Below, in pieces: positions 25,756 to 38,829 of a stretch of 64,000 bases of DNA. Position numbers and translations under genes: made by a program. Origin of the DNA: Chiloscyllium plagiosum. Taxonomy: Eukaryota. Positions within the stretch are counted from its first letter, which is position 1. Each line of letters begins with the position of its first letter. Location: NCBI RefSeq assembly GCF_004010195.1, contig NC_057719.1, forward strand, positions 68,444,567 through 68,508,566, in the 5' to 3' direction. The notes under the pieces were generated by a model. That model saw only the letters and a program-made list of their open reading frames with translations. It was not told the DNA's origin and made no database searches.

Positions 25756-27699
25756 CCCACCTTGATCCAGTACTCCAGAGGGAGTGACATTTTATTGCTT
25801 TGTAGATGTACTAAACGTATTACTTGTGCTTTGGTTCTTTCGGAATATCATTTAAGGGATTGAAATGAAATATCATTCTATAATAAAAGCTGTCATCTTT
25901 ACTTACCAGGCAGGTTATTTTGCAATGGGCTACACAGGTGTGTGTTGCTAAGGAAAATACATTTGGATGTGAAATGATTTAATTGCATAAATGATCTCAT
26001 GCTGAACCTAAAAAACTATCGGGATAGAAGCTGAAACAATAGAACAAACTGATTCACTACTTGATTAACCAACTTTGTTGAAATTCAACTCTGTCCTGTT
26101 CATTATTAACATATTGATCCTTGCTGGTATGTCTGCAGACATAGGGTCAGCTTTCATCCATAGGCTGCCAAGATCCAGTCTTACTCCTTCACCAATGAGA
26201 AACATGGAGACATAGAAAACAGAAGCAGCAGTAGGCCGTTTAGCCCTTCAAGCTTGCTCCAGCATTCAGCATGATCATGGTTAATTATCCAACTCAGTAG
26301 CCTGTCCCTGAATGGAACCTGTATATAATGAGGTAAGTTGGACCATTAATGATGCATTTAACAAGCTATAATCTCCATTAATTGGTAACTTGTAATTGCC
26401 CAGGAAGAAAGTTGCCTTGCTGCTAGAGAGAAACATAACAGATGCAGCAAGATGCTCCTGATGTTGAGTTAGGCCTCACCAGACATTGCATGTGGTTCTG
26501 CCGCAAATCCTACATAAGATTCCACACTATGACATGAAACAAAACTGTGGGTACAGTTTCCACTTTATGTAGAATTTTTTCTCAAGTCACCAAGCAAATG
26601 CATATATACACATCACCATTGTTTATTTGAATCCCACAAACAAGTGACCATTGCTGTGCGGTCACTCTGCCAATGCGTTCCCCACACAACTTCCCATGGT
26701 TGTATCACATATCCAGTGCAGTAGTGATGTCCTTTAGAACTCTGGCTTTATCCACCTTCTGACCCTAATCCCATGGAGTAAATGGTAATGCCTTAAATCG
26801 GGTAATCCAACTGGTGATCAATCATACCTTGACTAGGTAAGACCACCTCCGCTTGGTCAAATTCTGTCCTTAGCTCGGGTGGTCTCCAAGCACATGTCAA
26901 CAATGGGTGTGATAGTTTGGCAGTGCAGGACCCCTTTAAACATACCCAACTAGCCACTGTCTCAGTGTTCTACCCTGACATATTTGCCTTTGTCTGTATA
27001 TGTCTCTATTTTAATTTGAAACAATTCTGTTTTGCCCAGCAAAAACATATTTGGTCAGCATTCTTCTCCCTTCATAACTCCATCTCCTTACCACTCAAGT
27101 TTGAGCTCAGGACATTGACTACCTTACAACTGGCTACATTTTATTACAAGTACAAATAGAAGACAGATAAGACAAAAAAAAGGCCCTGTCAGAAAATGGC
27201 AGAAATACGCAAAAATAGCGAAGATATTTAATAACATTAAAACATCTTAGAGCCAAGCAAGTACACAAAGCATTAAAATGCCTTATGAAGATACCATCAA
27301 AAATATAAGAAGAACATTTTTGCTTAACTGCCTGAATCCAGGAGGAACCTATTTCTTGGCTCCAAATCATAACTTGTGGCTGCTGCACACTTCCTTCAAA
27401 TCTCCAATATATCCATTACCTCTAGCACTGGCTTCTTAGATGCCAAATTTCCTGGTCCCCAATGGGCTGACTTCTGTTTATTTCATGGCTGGTGCACTGT
27501 TCCTTGTGGTGTGAGTAAACACCCCAGCTGACAGCAGTCCATCTTGTGTGAGGGAGTGATTTCTGCCATTGTATTTGAGCACAAAATTATTTTTAGGCTA
27601 TAGAATCAAACTTAGGACATCCATTCTTAGTGTTTATGTCTTAGCCACTGGCTGAAGGAATTGATGTGTTTTTTCCTTAAGCCATATAGCATACTCCTT

Positions 27700-28115
27700 A
27701 TGTGTCAGGGTGAGTGCGACTCCAACGACACTCAAGAAGCCTACCTGATTGGCATCACATCCAAACTCTCCTCCACTGATTCTCAGTAGCAGCTGTATAT
27801 ACCATCTAAAAGATGCACTGCAGAAATTCACCTCAGGCAGTACCTTAGACATGACCACTTCCATCTAGAAGGACAAGGGCCACAGATGCATGGGAACACA
27901 CCACCTCCAAATTTCCTTCCAAGTCACTTACTATCTCCTAACTTGGAAATGTATCACTGTTCATTCATTATCCCTGCATCGAAATCCTGAAATTCCCTCC
28001 CTCAGGGCAAGCAGGTCAACCTATAGCATGTGGATTGCAGTGGTTCAAGAAGTCAGCTCACAAGCACCTCCTGAAGGGCAATTGGGGAATAATGCTAGCC
28101 AGCTTATGGGTGAAT
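27700..28115 (+). mobile_element. 3' end of a CR1/L2-superfamily LINE (second lineage)
   Basis: ORF2 end and a tail AAGGGCAATT..ATGCTAGCCAGC similar to the SINE family B tail. Confidence 0.6.
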
Positions 28116-30272
28116 TTTAAAAAAAAATGTTCTAAAGCAGGTTAGTATAGTCAGTGAAGTTCAAATGGCAGAGCGAGATGCAACAAAATATTTAAAGCAG
28201 TCCCATTAATTTACAAATGGCCTTATATTCAAGGACGTCTATTGAAGCAGATTCTGGCAAAAGATAAGAGGCTAATACTCACACAGTAATAAATTATTTT
28301 TAAACTTACAAATATAAAAGCAAGTAGCGCTCCTCAGATATGCAGTCACATGTTGTTTCAAATGAAATAGATTTTTTAAAGCTTTAATTTATTTATAAGT
28401 GTAGAGCTGCCTTGTTCAGTATGTGGATTGGTTTTCTAACATTCACATGTAAATAAACCAAAATGTACATCAATTAGCATGTAATTTATTTTCATTTAAC
28501 CACACAAATAAATATACAATACTTCAACTGATGCCTAACTTGTGGTTGGTTGATTGAGTATAACTGAAGTCTTTCTGTTGCCTTTGCTTTCATTACTAAA
28601 TATCCTTGTTTATGCTTGGTTGCAACTGTAGCTATTTCTGATATTTCTAGGTCAGTTATGTCCCAGTAGAGGTTACACTAAATAAACAGACGAAAAGCAG
28701 CCAGGAAGGAGTGGGTTACTGACGCTTAAAGTTTAATTTTCCTTGATTAATCACCATTACTATTCAAAATGACTTCTTGTGTATATACTCAGGGCTCCAG
28801 CAGCCTTAAACTTGATTGAACGATGCCAGCCATGACAGGGCCTCTAGCCTTTATGCCACTGCCTCTGACTTTCTGTTTGTATTGGGCTTATTAAGGTTTG
28901 ATCTGCTGCCACATTAAATGTCTCAGATACCTTAATATACGCAAGAATTTTGCTTGTGGTCAAATCAAACTAGTCAAGTGCATTATTCACAGATGCACAT
29001 CATGCAGCCGTATTCTGAAGGTTTGCATTTGATGCCCGTGCGTGTGAGGGAAAAGGAAAATGAGGAAATAAGACTGAGTGGCAGCAATGATGATAAACTC
29101 ATTCTGGTTTCATTTTATGACTGCTGTGGTTATAAAATAGCAAGCTAGCTTACACAGTCTTCTACTAAACATGGACTGAATGAATAGCTGAAGTTCTCAA
29201 ATTCCTATTGTAAAGAACATGGGGAATGGAAATGAGGAATGTTTAGAATATCTGCCTTTTTAAAGAAAGAGGCCTAAAGTGTTTGCTAAAAGGCAAGATT
29301 AAATATGATAAGCATGTTTATTTTGAAAGAGAATGTGGGGAGAGTAAGTATGCTGCTTATTGTTCAGAAAGGAGTTTTGTGCATTAACCTCAGCTGCATT
29401 GTAAAACAGGCAACTGTTGAAGAATTCTGAATAATGCAAACACCTCTCCAACATCACACATCTTGCTAATAATTCAGCATTAAGACCATTGTAAAGAAAA
29501 AAAAGTTCAAAGCGTTGCTGCAAAAAGTCAGTGGACTTTGCTATGAGTTGGTGGGAGGACACCCATGTAGGAGAGGACGAAGTATCAAAGGTTGTGTAAT
29601 GAGATTTTTGCTCCCTCACATCCAGGGATCTCACAGAAAACATGCAGCTCTTACCACAACCAGTCACTGGATTAAGTAGGCTTCACCTTTTTCTGACTTT
29701 AATTTAATGAACTTTAATTGTATTCATTCATGTGAAGCAGCACATGTCTAACTCACTACAGCTAATTAAAGCATTGACAACATATCCAAGCACAAGCATC
29801 ATTATCTTTGTTTTTCTTTCAAACATTTCTTTGATATCGGAGTAGTGGTGATGCCAGTCAAGATTTTTTATGGCAGTGAACTAAGGTGGACTGGCAATGA
29901 TTGACATTGCGACATATTACATGAAGTTAAATGAAATGCTACTGGAACCATGTCAAACTGTATGGCCAAAGTCATACAGTAAAATGTAACAAAACTCCTC
30001 CTAACACAGTGCAAGGCAGCATCTAACACCAATCATCTGATGTGGATTAACTCGCTCAGCAGTTAAGGTCCTTTTTTCATCCACTGATCCGTTCAGCAAG
30101 GCTCAGCAAATTGAAATGGTCACAAATGATGATTGGTTAAATGTAAAGGTGGTAAAATAACATTAAAACAATTTAGACAGAAGATTGTAATCTGAGATAC
30201 ATCTGTAAGGAATGACTACAATCAAACAATTGTCAGAGCATGAATGACCCATCAATGTTCTCCAAATCCAAA

Positions 30273-30497
30273 TAAAAACTGAAAGAACTGCAGATGCTGG
30301 AAATCAGAAACAAAAGTAGAAATTGCTGGGAAAGTTCAGCAAGTCTGGCAGCACCAGTGGAGAGAAATCAGAGTTAACGTTTCGAGTTGAGTGACCTTTC
30401 TTTTGAGGGTCACTTGACCCGAAACGTTAACTCTGATTTCTCTCCACAGATGCTGCCAGACATGCTGAGCTTTTCCAGCAATTTCTACTTCTGTTTC
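30273..30497 (-). mobile_element. Penelope-like mini-element, inverted hairpin (family B)
   Basis: Inverted arms ~30306-30400 and ~30405-30498; tail with CTGCAGATGCTGG; TSD TTCTCCAAATCCAAA (30258-30272, 30495-30509); partial hammerhead GGGTC(ACTT)GACCC-GAAAC-GTT. Confidence 0.85.
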
Positions 30498-31039
30498 TCC
30501 AAATCCAAAACTCATGACGTGTAAAGAAATGAAGTAGCTACATGGACTCTGGTTACTTGTTTGGCATTGTCGCTTCCTAACAAAAGTAGAATCAGAAACA
30601 AAGTATGTTGCAGACCGGATGCCTGGAAGTCAGATATCAATAAATTTTTGATGCTTCTATAAAGCCTCCTATGATTAAATTTTGAAGAAAAATAAGCAAT
30701 TACCAATGTGAATATATCCTTAACATACACAAGCTTTGCAATTCATTCTCTTTGTCTTCTACAAGTCCAACAGCATTCACTCAGCCTCTGCCATGAAGGA
30801 TTAGGCTCTTCAGGATATCATGTCCTCCACCACTTCTGGGGAATATGTCTAAGGAATGAGGGAAGTAGCTCCAGGAGTTTTTGGAGCCTATAGGACCTCG
30901 GACTGTGATCATGAATTGTGGAACATAGCTGACATGTTGCAGCTCGCCAGACATCACCTCTGCTACACAGAAATTGCTAGATTAACTTCTAATAATCAAC
31001 TATATGGTCAAGATTGTTTGTGGTCAGGATTACAACCAT

Positions 31040-31925
31040 ATAATCATTGTTGTTAAAAATCCATCTGATTCGACAAATATCCTTTAGAGTAGGAAATCCG
31101 CCAACTTTTTGTCCTTCATGTGACCCCAGGCCACATATAAATGTAGCTGACTCTTAACTTGGTTAAGGGTTGGACAATAAATGCAGAGCACTTTAGGGAA
31201 CATCTCTGGGACACCCTCACCAATCAACCCCACCACCCCGTGGCGGAACATTTCAACTCCCCTTCCCACTCTGTCAAAGACATGCAGGTCCTGGACCTCC
31301 TCCATCACCATTCCCTCATCATCTGACACCTTGGAGGAAGAACGCCTCATCTTCCGCCTCAGACCCCGTGGCGGAACATTTCAACTCCCCTTCCCACTCT
31401 GTCAAAGACATGCAGGTCCTGGACCTCCTCCATCACCATTCCCTCATCATCTGACACCTGGAGGAAGAACGCCTCATCTTCCGCCTCAGAACACTTCAAC
31501 CCCAGGGCATCAATGTGGACTTCACCAGTTTCCTCATTTCCCCTCTCCCCACATTACCCCAGTTCCAACCTGCCAGCTCAGCACCATCCTCATGACCTGT
31601 CCTACCTGCCAATCTTCCTTCCCACTTAGCCGTTCTACCCTCCCTCTGACCTATCACCTTCATCCCCACCTCTATCCACCTATTGCAGTCTTAGCTACCT
31701 TCTCCCCAGCCCCACCCCACCCCCACCCCGGAGGCTCCCTGTCTCATTCCTGATGAAGGGTTTTTGCCCAAAGCGTCGATTTTCCTGCTTCTCGGATGTT
31801 GCCTGATCAGCTGTGCTTTTCCAGCACCACTCTAATTTTAACTCTGATCTCCAGCATCTGCAGTCGTCACTTTCGCCATAAATACTGACCTAGCCAGTGA
31901 CATTCAAGTCCCATGAACACATTTT
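31040..31925 (+). mobile_element. SINE family B split by a PLE insertion
   Basis: SINE body 31040-31184; tail resumes at 31878 (ATAAATACTGACCTAGCCAGTGAC). Confidence 0.7.
31185..31877 (+). mobile_element. Penelope-like retroelement 3' fragment: GIY-YIG endonuclease C-terminus, 3' UTR, pseudo-LTR and tail
   Basis: FREHLWD..PVAEHFNSPSHSVKDMQVL..LEEERLIFRL..TLQPQGINVDFTSF; decayed hammerhead 31750-31777; approximate TSD ATAAATRC. Confidence 0.88.
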
Positions 31926-33464
31926 TAAAAACCTGCAAGTTCTGAATGATCTGGAAACACAATGTTGAGATGTTGTGAGAATCCAAGTGGCACAGTGGGC
32001 ATGCATTAACAAAGCAAGCTAAGGGACCTGAGATGGACCTTTTATCAATGCACTAAATTGGTGCCTCACCCTGCACGTAAATCACCATGGAAGCAGCATT
32101 GCAGAAAAAAGGTGATGATATGCTGCAAAGCACAGTCTTGATGTGGTGAACTGTATTACAAGTGAGTTGGAAATATTCCAGAGTGGAGTGGTGAGTCTGG
32201 TGCTTTGTTGATGCAAACCTCCATGAAGGGTGCAGTTTGAATGCTACAAATGAAAGTGTCACAAAGAATGGAAAGATTCAAGCAAAGTGACCGGATGTCT
32301 TGGTAAGGTTGCAATTTTCCAACTATTACCATCCATTCCTTTTAGTTAATTGAGAGTGATTGTACTTTCAGAATCAGAGCAATTAATAGAAGGTGAAGAG
32401 GCACTACATGCTTCATATACTTGTGCTTGGCAGTTCTGCGGAACAGCGTAAGGTAGATTAGGAACTGGACAAAATGGTATTGATACATAAAACAGGGTTA
32501 ATCATATCCATGGGATAACTGTTTAGAGTGTAATTCGGGTGATGTATAGCATGGAAAGGATGAGACTATCGTTGCAAAAGCTGTGAAAGCTACTGGCAAG
32601 TTCAAATATTGACTAAATGTCCAAGATGATAGACAAGGAAGGGCCTAAAGGATTGGCAGAATGGGTGAAATATTGCAAGCAAGAAAATTGTATTTTGAAA
32701 TATCCCATTGTGGGTCTTGGAATGAATGTAACACACAGAAATGGTTGTGTACTGGCAACAGAACCTCAAATCATGGGATGGAAAGATATTGTAGCTTGTC
32801 CAGAAAAACATCAAAGTGCAGGTACAGGCCACAGTTTGACTAGTTATTGAATAGAATTTTGGACCACACAACTGTCTAAAAATATTGGTGAAAGTAAGAT
32901 TTCTTGTGCCTGGGGAGTTTGGATGTCTGTGAACAAAGCAGAAGATAAATTAAAGACAGAGACAAAAATGCTTCTCTTCAAAAAGCAAAAAGAATGAGGT
33001 AGTTGAGGAGAATTTGGTGTCTACTCTGATTTGCCAGATAGGGAACAGTCATCCCTGTCATGTTCAGGGATATGTATGGGACAATTATCTGAGCTGGGGC
33101 ATATAAAGTCATGCTCTTTTGGCCACATAATCATGAGAGGTTTATTGATATTAAAGCTCCATTTCTCAGGGAGAAAATGTCCACAGAGAAATGTTTTTAA
33201 AACTACAAAGAGGCAAGCAATGTAGAGAAGCTGTGAAAAGTAATTAAGTGTATTTATGGACTAAATGATGCATCAAGGCTATATAGTGTGGTATTGTATT
33301 GTGCTTGCAGTTTGATCTGTCTTGCTGAAAGTAAGCTATACTCAACCAAAAGCAGACCGAGCAATATTCTCCTCAGAAAGAGAAAATCTCAGGCATCTTT
33401 ATGATGCGTGTTAATTACTTCTTACAGAGTTTCTGTGAAATTTGAAAAACCTGTTATAAATAAA

Positions 33465-33710
33465 GGTAAAGTCATCATAGTCCCACTCTCACATTAGATA
33501 GGTAAGACTGAGGGTGGTTTAACCTGAAGGTCACTCTGCAGCAGGTGAGGGGCGATGGTGAGAAACAGAATCCTTCATAGTCAGCTGGTGTGGGAATTGA
33601 ACCTGCACTGTTAGTGTCACTTTACATTCCAAACCAGCCATCCAGCCAAATAAGCTTATTAGAAATTAAGGAAGTAGCCCTATGGATTGGTAGGACTATG
33701 GTGACTTTAT
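33465..33710 (-). mobile_element. tRNA-derived SINE plus an inverted 3'-tail fragment
   Basis: B box GGTTCAATTCC on minus strand (~33593-33603); AAAGTCATCATAGTCC mirrored by GGACTATGGTGACTTT near 33693-33708. Confidence 0.55.
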
Positions 33711-34029
33711 AAATAAAGAGGAAATTAAGATTAGAAATCCAGTTTTGGGACCTTTATATATGTACCCCTCAACTTAGGTGGTCAACCAGATATGGCTGGA
33801 ACAGCTGTCAATTACCAATCTAGAAAGTGTTACTTGTGTTTTGCTAAATCATGCTAAATTGTCACAAATGATGTTATATCTAAAGAGTTAAGAAGCTCAA
33901 TTGGACAGTTATGTTGACTGAGCACTTGAAAGGACCCGAGTGTTGTTTAGATGTATTGGAATGAAGTACAATGTTGAAATATGCTAGAATAGCACTCTCT
34001 GAAAATGGCCTGAGAGCAGGTTACACCAT

Positions 34030-35335
34030 CATAATATTATGCTATGAGAGAGAATTCATTAATGATCTTATAATGAAGGCATTCCTAAGTAGCAGTGAGC
34101 ATAATATGATTGAAATTTACATTCAGTTTGAGGAAGAGAGGGGTAGATTCAAGATGTGATTTTAAATAAAGACAACTACAAAGGCATAAGGGCAAAGTTA
34201 AAGTGAATTTTCAAATTAGGTTCAAGGATAGGTCAAGAAAGATACAATGACAGACATTCAAAGGAATATCTCAGAAAATGCAGAATAAATATAATCCAAT
34301 AGGAAAGAAAAATCAATCGAAGTTGATGATAATCAAACATATAGAAAAGATATATCATTGCTCAAGGTTGGATGGTACACCAGAAGACTGGACAGGATAC
34401 AAAAAAAGAGGTAAGATCACTAAAAGATTAATATGAAGTTAAAAATTAGAGCATGAGAGAAAGCTAGCTAGGAATATAAAAATAGGTAGTAAGAATTTCT
34501 ACATACATTTAAAAAGGAAAACATCATTGGTCTAATGGACAGTGAGTGTATGAAATTAATAATGGAAAATATGAAGATGGCAGGTGAATTGAAGATGCTT
34601 TATGTCAATGTGTACTGTAGAGGACAGAACTAACATCCCAGAAGTAAGTATAAATTAGGAAATGGAAAGAAGGGGTGAATCCAAGAAAATTATCATCACC
34701 AGGGAAGTGGTACTGAGCACATTGTAGAAGCTACAGACTGTCATGTGCCCAGGTCCTGATAGATTTCATAATTTGTCTCAAAAGAAGTGGCTCATGAGGT
34801 ATTTGATGCATTAGTTTAATTTTCCAAAATTCCAAGGATTCTGGATAGATTGATTTATAATGGAAAATAGTGAATGCAACGCCTTTATTCAAAACAGGAG
34901 GAGAGGGAAGGCTAATAGAATGTTCTTGTCTCTTGTGAGGAGAATTGAATACAAAAGTAGGAAAGTTATGCCCTAGTTATGTAGGGCATTTGTGAGACCA
35001 CAGCTGAAGTATTGTGTATAGTATTGGGTTCCTTATGAAGAAAGGAGGAAAATACATTGAAAGCAGTTCTAAGAAGTTCTCCTTGATTACCTTGCAATGG
35101 GTAGGTTGCTTTATGATAAAGGTTGGACAGACTAGGCTTGTATCCGCTGAAGGTTCAAACATATGAGATACTGAGAGGTGGATGTGGAAAGAATGTTTCT
35201 TCCTATGGGATTATTTAGAATTAGGGTCACTTATTAAAAATAAGGGTCATCCGTTTAAGGTAGAAATGAGGAAACATTTCTTTCCTCACAGAGGGCTTTT
35301 GGAACTCTTCTTCAAGAAAAAGATGTGAAAGTTTC
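34030..35335 (+). mobile_element. Old CR1 ORF2 fragments
   Basis: LSSSEHNMIE (endonuclease end); PGPD-like ~34750; CCACAGCTGAAGTATTGTGT (PQLKYC) ~35000. Confidence 0.75.
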
Positions 35336-35347
35336 TCTGGGCTAGGT

Positions 35348-35481
35348 TAGAGACAAAATATCTGCAGATGCTGGAATCTAAGGTAGACAAGCAGGAGGCT
35401 GGAAGAACACAGCAAATGTTGACTTCTCCACCTCCTGATGCTGCATGGCTTGAGGTGTTCTTCCAGCCTCCTGCTTGTCTC
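35348..35481 (-). mobile_element. Penelope-like mini-element, centrally truncated hairpin (family C)
   Basis: 14-bp TSD TCTCTGGGCTAGGT (35334-35347, 35482-35495); inverted arms AGACAAGCAGGAGGCTGGAAGAACAC; tail with CTGCAGATGCTGG. Confidence 0.8.
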
Positions 35482-35489
35482 TCTCTGGG

Positions 35490-35885
35490 CTAGGTGGCAG
35501 TGTAGAATAATTGAGAGACTGGTATTATCACTAAGGTAAAAACAATGACTGCAGATGCTGGAAACAGGTGGCAGTGTAGAATAATTGAGAGACTGGTATT
35601 ATCACTAGACTATTATTGTAGAGACCCAAGTAACGATCTCTGGGTTTGAGTCCCACATGGTAGAGGTTGGGCTCAATTTTTGAAAAATCAGGAATTTAGA
35701 GTCTAACAATGACCATTGTCAATTGTCAGGAAAACCCATCTGGTTCACTAATGTCCTTAGGGAAAGAAATCTGCCATCCTTACCTCGATGTGATCACGAA
35801 CCACAGCAATGTGGGCAATAAATGATGCCAATGAATGCTGGCCTAGACAGTGATGCCCACATCCCATGAATGAATTAAGAATAAA
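35490..35885 (+). mobile_element. tRNA-derived SINE (family B)
   Basis: CCCATCTGGTTCACTAATGTCCTTAGGGAAAG core and family B tail. Confidence 0.8.
35534..35565 (-). mobile_element. Tail-only PLE insertion with a 42-bp direct duplication
   Basis: AGGTAAAAACAATGACTGCAGATGCTGGAAAC between identical 42-mers 35492-35533 and 35566-35607. Confidence 0.75.
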
Positions 35886-36473
35886 ATCAGGTCATCAATG
35901 ATATTGTTTAATGACAGAATAGGCTTGAGGGGCCTTGTAGCCTACTTCTGTTTCTTATTCATATTTTTAAATGTTTGAATGTTTAACAGACAATTAAAGC
36001 ATTTTAAATACTAAACACAGAAAAATGCTTACTCATGTTCCCAAATATATAATATAATTACATAAATCAAATGTTCATCATTTGCCAGTAATCGTAGTCA
36101 AAACTATTCTTCTGTCTTTTAGTTATTCTTCCCAAAAATCAAAGCCAGCCTTACGAACATGCCTCCATCAAGTTTATGGCCCTTTGATAGCTGTGCAAAC
36201 TTTAACCAGTGCATTTCAGATATCACTTAGCTGACGCCATTATAAACGGAACAGGATGTGTTGAAGTATTATCAACTGAGATGGGGTTTGCTGAGCTCAC
36301 TGCCCTGGGCCTCTTGTGTCCGCAGTCTGCCCTCAGTCCCAGTACAACAGCTCAGTCAATAATTTATTAATATGCACTGTACAATTGAACAGGAAGGTTC
36401 GGCTCATCACATTACAAAAATAAAATCAATTTAGGTAAAATAATTTGCTTAAAGGTGTTCATAATAGGCCCAG

Positions 36474-36576
36474 ATCATGATTTGGAGATGCCAGTGTTGG
36501 ACTAGGGTGTACAAAGTTAAAAATCACACAACGCCAGGTTATAGTCCAACAGGTTTAATTGGAAGCATGAGCTGTC
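36474..36576 (-). mobile_element. Short 3' terminus of another Penelope-like family
   Basis: 9-bp TSD TAGGCCCAG (36465-36473, 36577-36585); GGAGATGCC tail resembling the other PLE tails; family assignment from recall. Confidence 0.55.
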
Positions 36577-38054
36577 TAGGCCCAGGTTGCTTTCATGGAA
36601 TTATTTTTTGCTGATTCATATTGATTTAAAATTAGTTGACCATTGCAAATTATTCAAAAAATAGTCTTAAAAATAAAGATTAAAACTTACATCTCTTTCA
36701 ACACATAATAAACTTGTTTCCTCCTTCTTCTTGTTCACATAAGAATTAATTGAATTGCAATTATTTTTAGATTACATCTTGCCTTATTTTTGTCCTTGTT
36801 TTATGATGACAGTCAGTTCTAAGATGAAACTGGAACTAAACTGTTCTCATGAATTCTTTATAGTTTGTGTCAATACTTCAACTTCTGTTGTTCAGTTTGT
36901 TTATTGTATAATTTAAAATAATTACATCGAATGATTGATAACAGAATGATACACTGATATTGATTTATAAAACTGGATTGTTCATTTTAATTGAGCTTTT
37001 GGGCAATCAGTATAACCACAAAACAATAAATTATTGAGTTATAAAGTACTTCTTTAATCCATTGAGTTGGGTTCGAGAATAATACATACTGAATAAAGAA
37101 AAAAATATTACAAAGTATATCAATGTGGCTGAACATAAATCTTACTGCATTTTAATGAATTTGCATTTTAGTCCAATATGAACAAAACTTTGCACATTGC
37201 ATATTTGGGTTAGCCATAAATATTATTGGAAGTTGCTTATGATTTTGTGAACTGCCTGAAAAATGAGAGCTGCTTGTATCTAAATGATGGATAACATTGG
37301 ATTTGAGAACATTTCTCACAAATGGACAATTTCTTTTCTTGCCCTAAGGCATTTTGATGAAAAACGTGTATAAAAGAAAGTCAAGATTTAACATGGGTGC
37401 AGGAACATTAAACTCAGATAGTGTCTAACAGCTTTGTACACATGAGCTGAAACCACTTGCCTGTCACTTGCAGCCGAGCCAGAAAAAAAGCCTTGTTAGT
37501 AAAGTCAAGGGCCGGGTGTGGGGAGGTGGTTTGTGAGATGTTCGCATCATTTTACTTTTTGCATTATCAGCTGTGCTAAGATCGGTTTCCTCACTAATGA
37601 GGGTATAAGATGATAAAGACAGTCAATGAGTTTCACACCCTTCCTTCCATTTGTCCAGTAAAGGAAATGTAGAGTTTTCTTGTCGTGTGGTCAGTGTGGA
37701 AAGATCCAGAGTATGAGTTACTAGGTTTTGCACGCAAACAATCCCATATCCTTTTTCCGTCTGACAAGTTCCTTCCTGTTCGTTGGGAACAAATTTGCTG
37801 TTCAATTTTCCTAAGTTATTTAAACCTGCTTGTTAGAAATCCTTTGGGAGAGAACAACAACTTATCCATTCAAATGAAATCTGCCTTTTTCATTATCGGT
37901 ATAGGAGAATTGTAGGTTGATGACAGTAAAATTACTATTAATTCTGTGTAGAGTCCCTGTGTCATTTATATTGATTCTATTTTAAAAATCATTTAGCTCA
38001 CTCTGTCATAAATGTAAATCTTATTCAACATTAGAATACAATAGTGTACATTTA

Positions 38055-38490
38055 CATAGAACATAGAACATAGAAGAATACAGCGCAGAACAGGCCCTTT
38101 GGCCCTCGATGTTGCGCCGATCCAAGCCCACCTAACCTATACTAACCCACTATCCTCCATATACCTATCCAATGCCCGCTTAAATGCCCATAAAGAGGGA
38201 GAGTCCACCACTGCTACTGGCAGGGCATTCCTCATACGATTTTCCTTTCATACCAGGCAACATCCTGGTAAACCTCCTCTGCACCCGTTCCAGTGCCTCC
38301 ACATCCTTCCTATAGTATGGTGACCAAAACTGCACACAATATTCCAGATGCGGCCGCACCAGAGTCTTATACAACTGCATCATGACCTCAGGAGTCCGGA
38401 ACTCAATTCCTCTACCAATAAAAGCCAGTACGCCATATGCCTTCCTCACCGCACTATTTACCTGGGTGGCAACTTTCAGAGATCTGTGTA
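38055..38490 (-). mobile_element. Young CR1 3' fragment with internal deletion
   Basis: QLYKTLVRPHLEYCVQFWSPYYRKDVEALERVQRRFTRMLPG; (CATAGAA)n tail. Confidence 0.92.
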
Positions 38491-38829
38491 CAGATTATAG
38501 TATAGATTATAGTACAGATTATAGTGACTCATTATAGTATCAAAAGAATTGGATATTTGAGACTATTATATTGACATATTTTAAAAATATAGGAGGGGTT
38601 AATTGTGAATGTTTACAGCAGAATTAATTTGAGAAATTGCTACATAAGCTTAAATTTTCCTCCTCTTGGCTATGTATTGGGGGTAAAATAATGTGACTAA
38701 CATGTATCAATACACCAAATCATGTCAAATCTGATGTTTTTAATCTGCATCAGGCATGCAAAGTATGTGCATGCGGTGAATTGTTTACCATGCAGTGTCA
38801 CTGCGGGTAGAGTTACCACCATCAACTCT

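Noticed and set aside
26600-26935. GC-richer blocks here and at 14310-14540 and 60290-60530
   Set aside because: Probably old repeats, but no diagnostic motif, termini or second copy to support a call
31181-31753. Longest ORF (190 aa, Pro-rich)
   Set aside because: Mostly off-frame reading of a decayed PLE fragment, lengthened by a tandem duplication and a C-rich UTR
38489-38524. Three copies of a 12-bp unit (TAYAGATTATAG)
   Set aside because: Ordinary slippage repeat at a CR1 truncation junction
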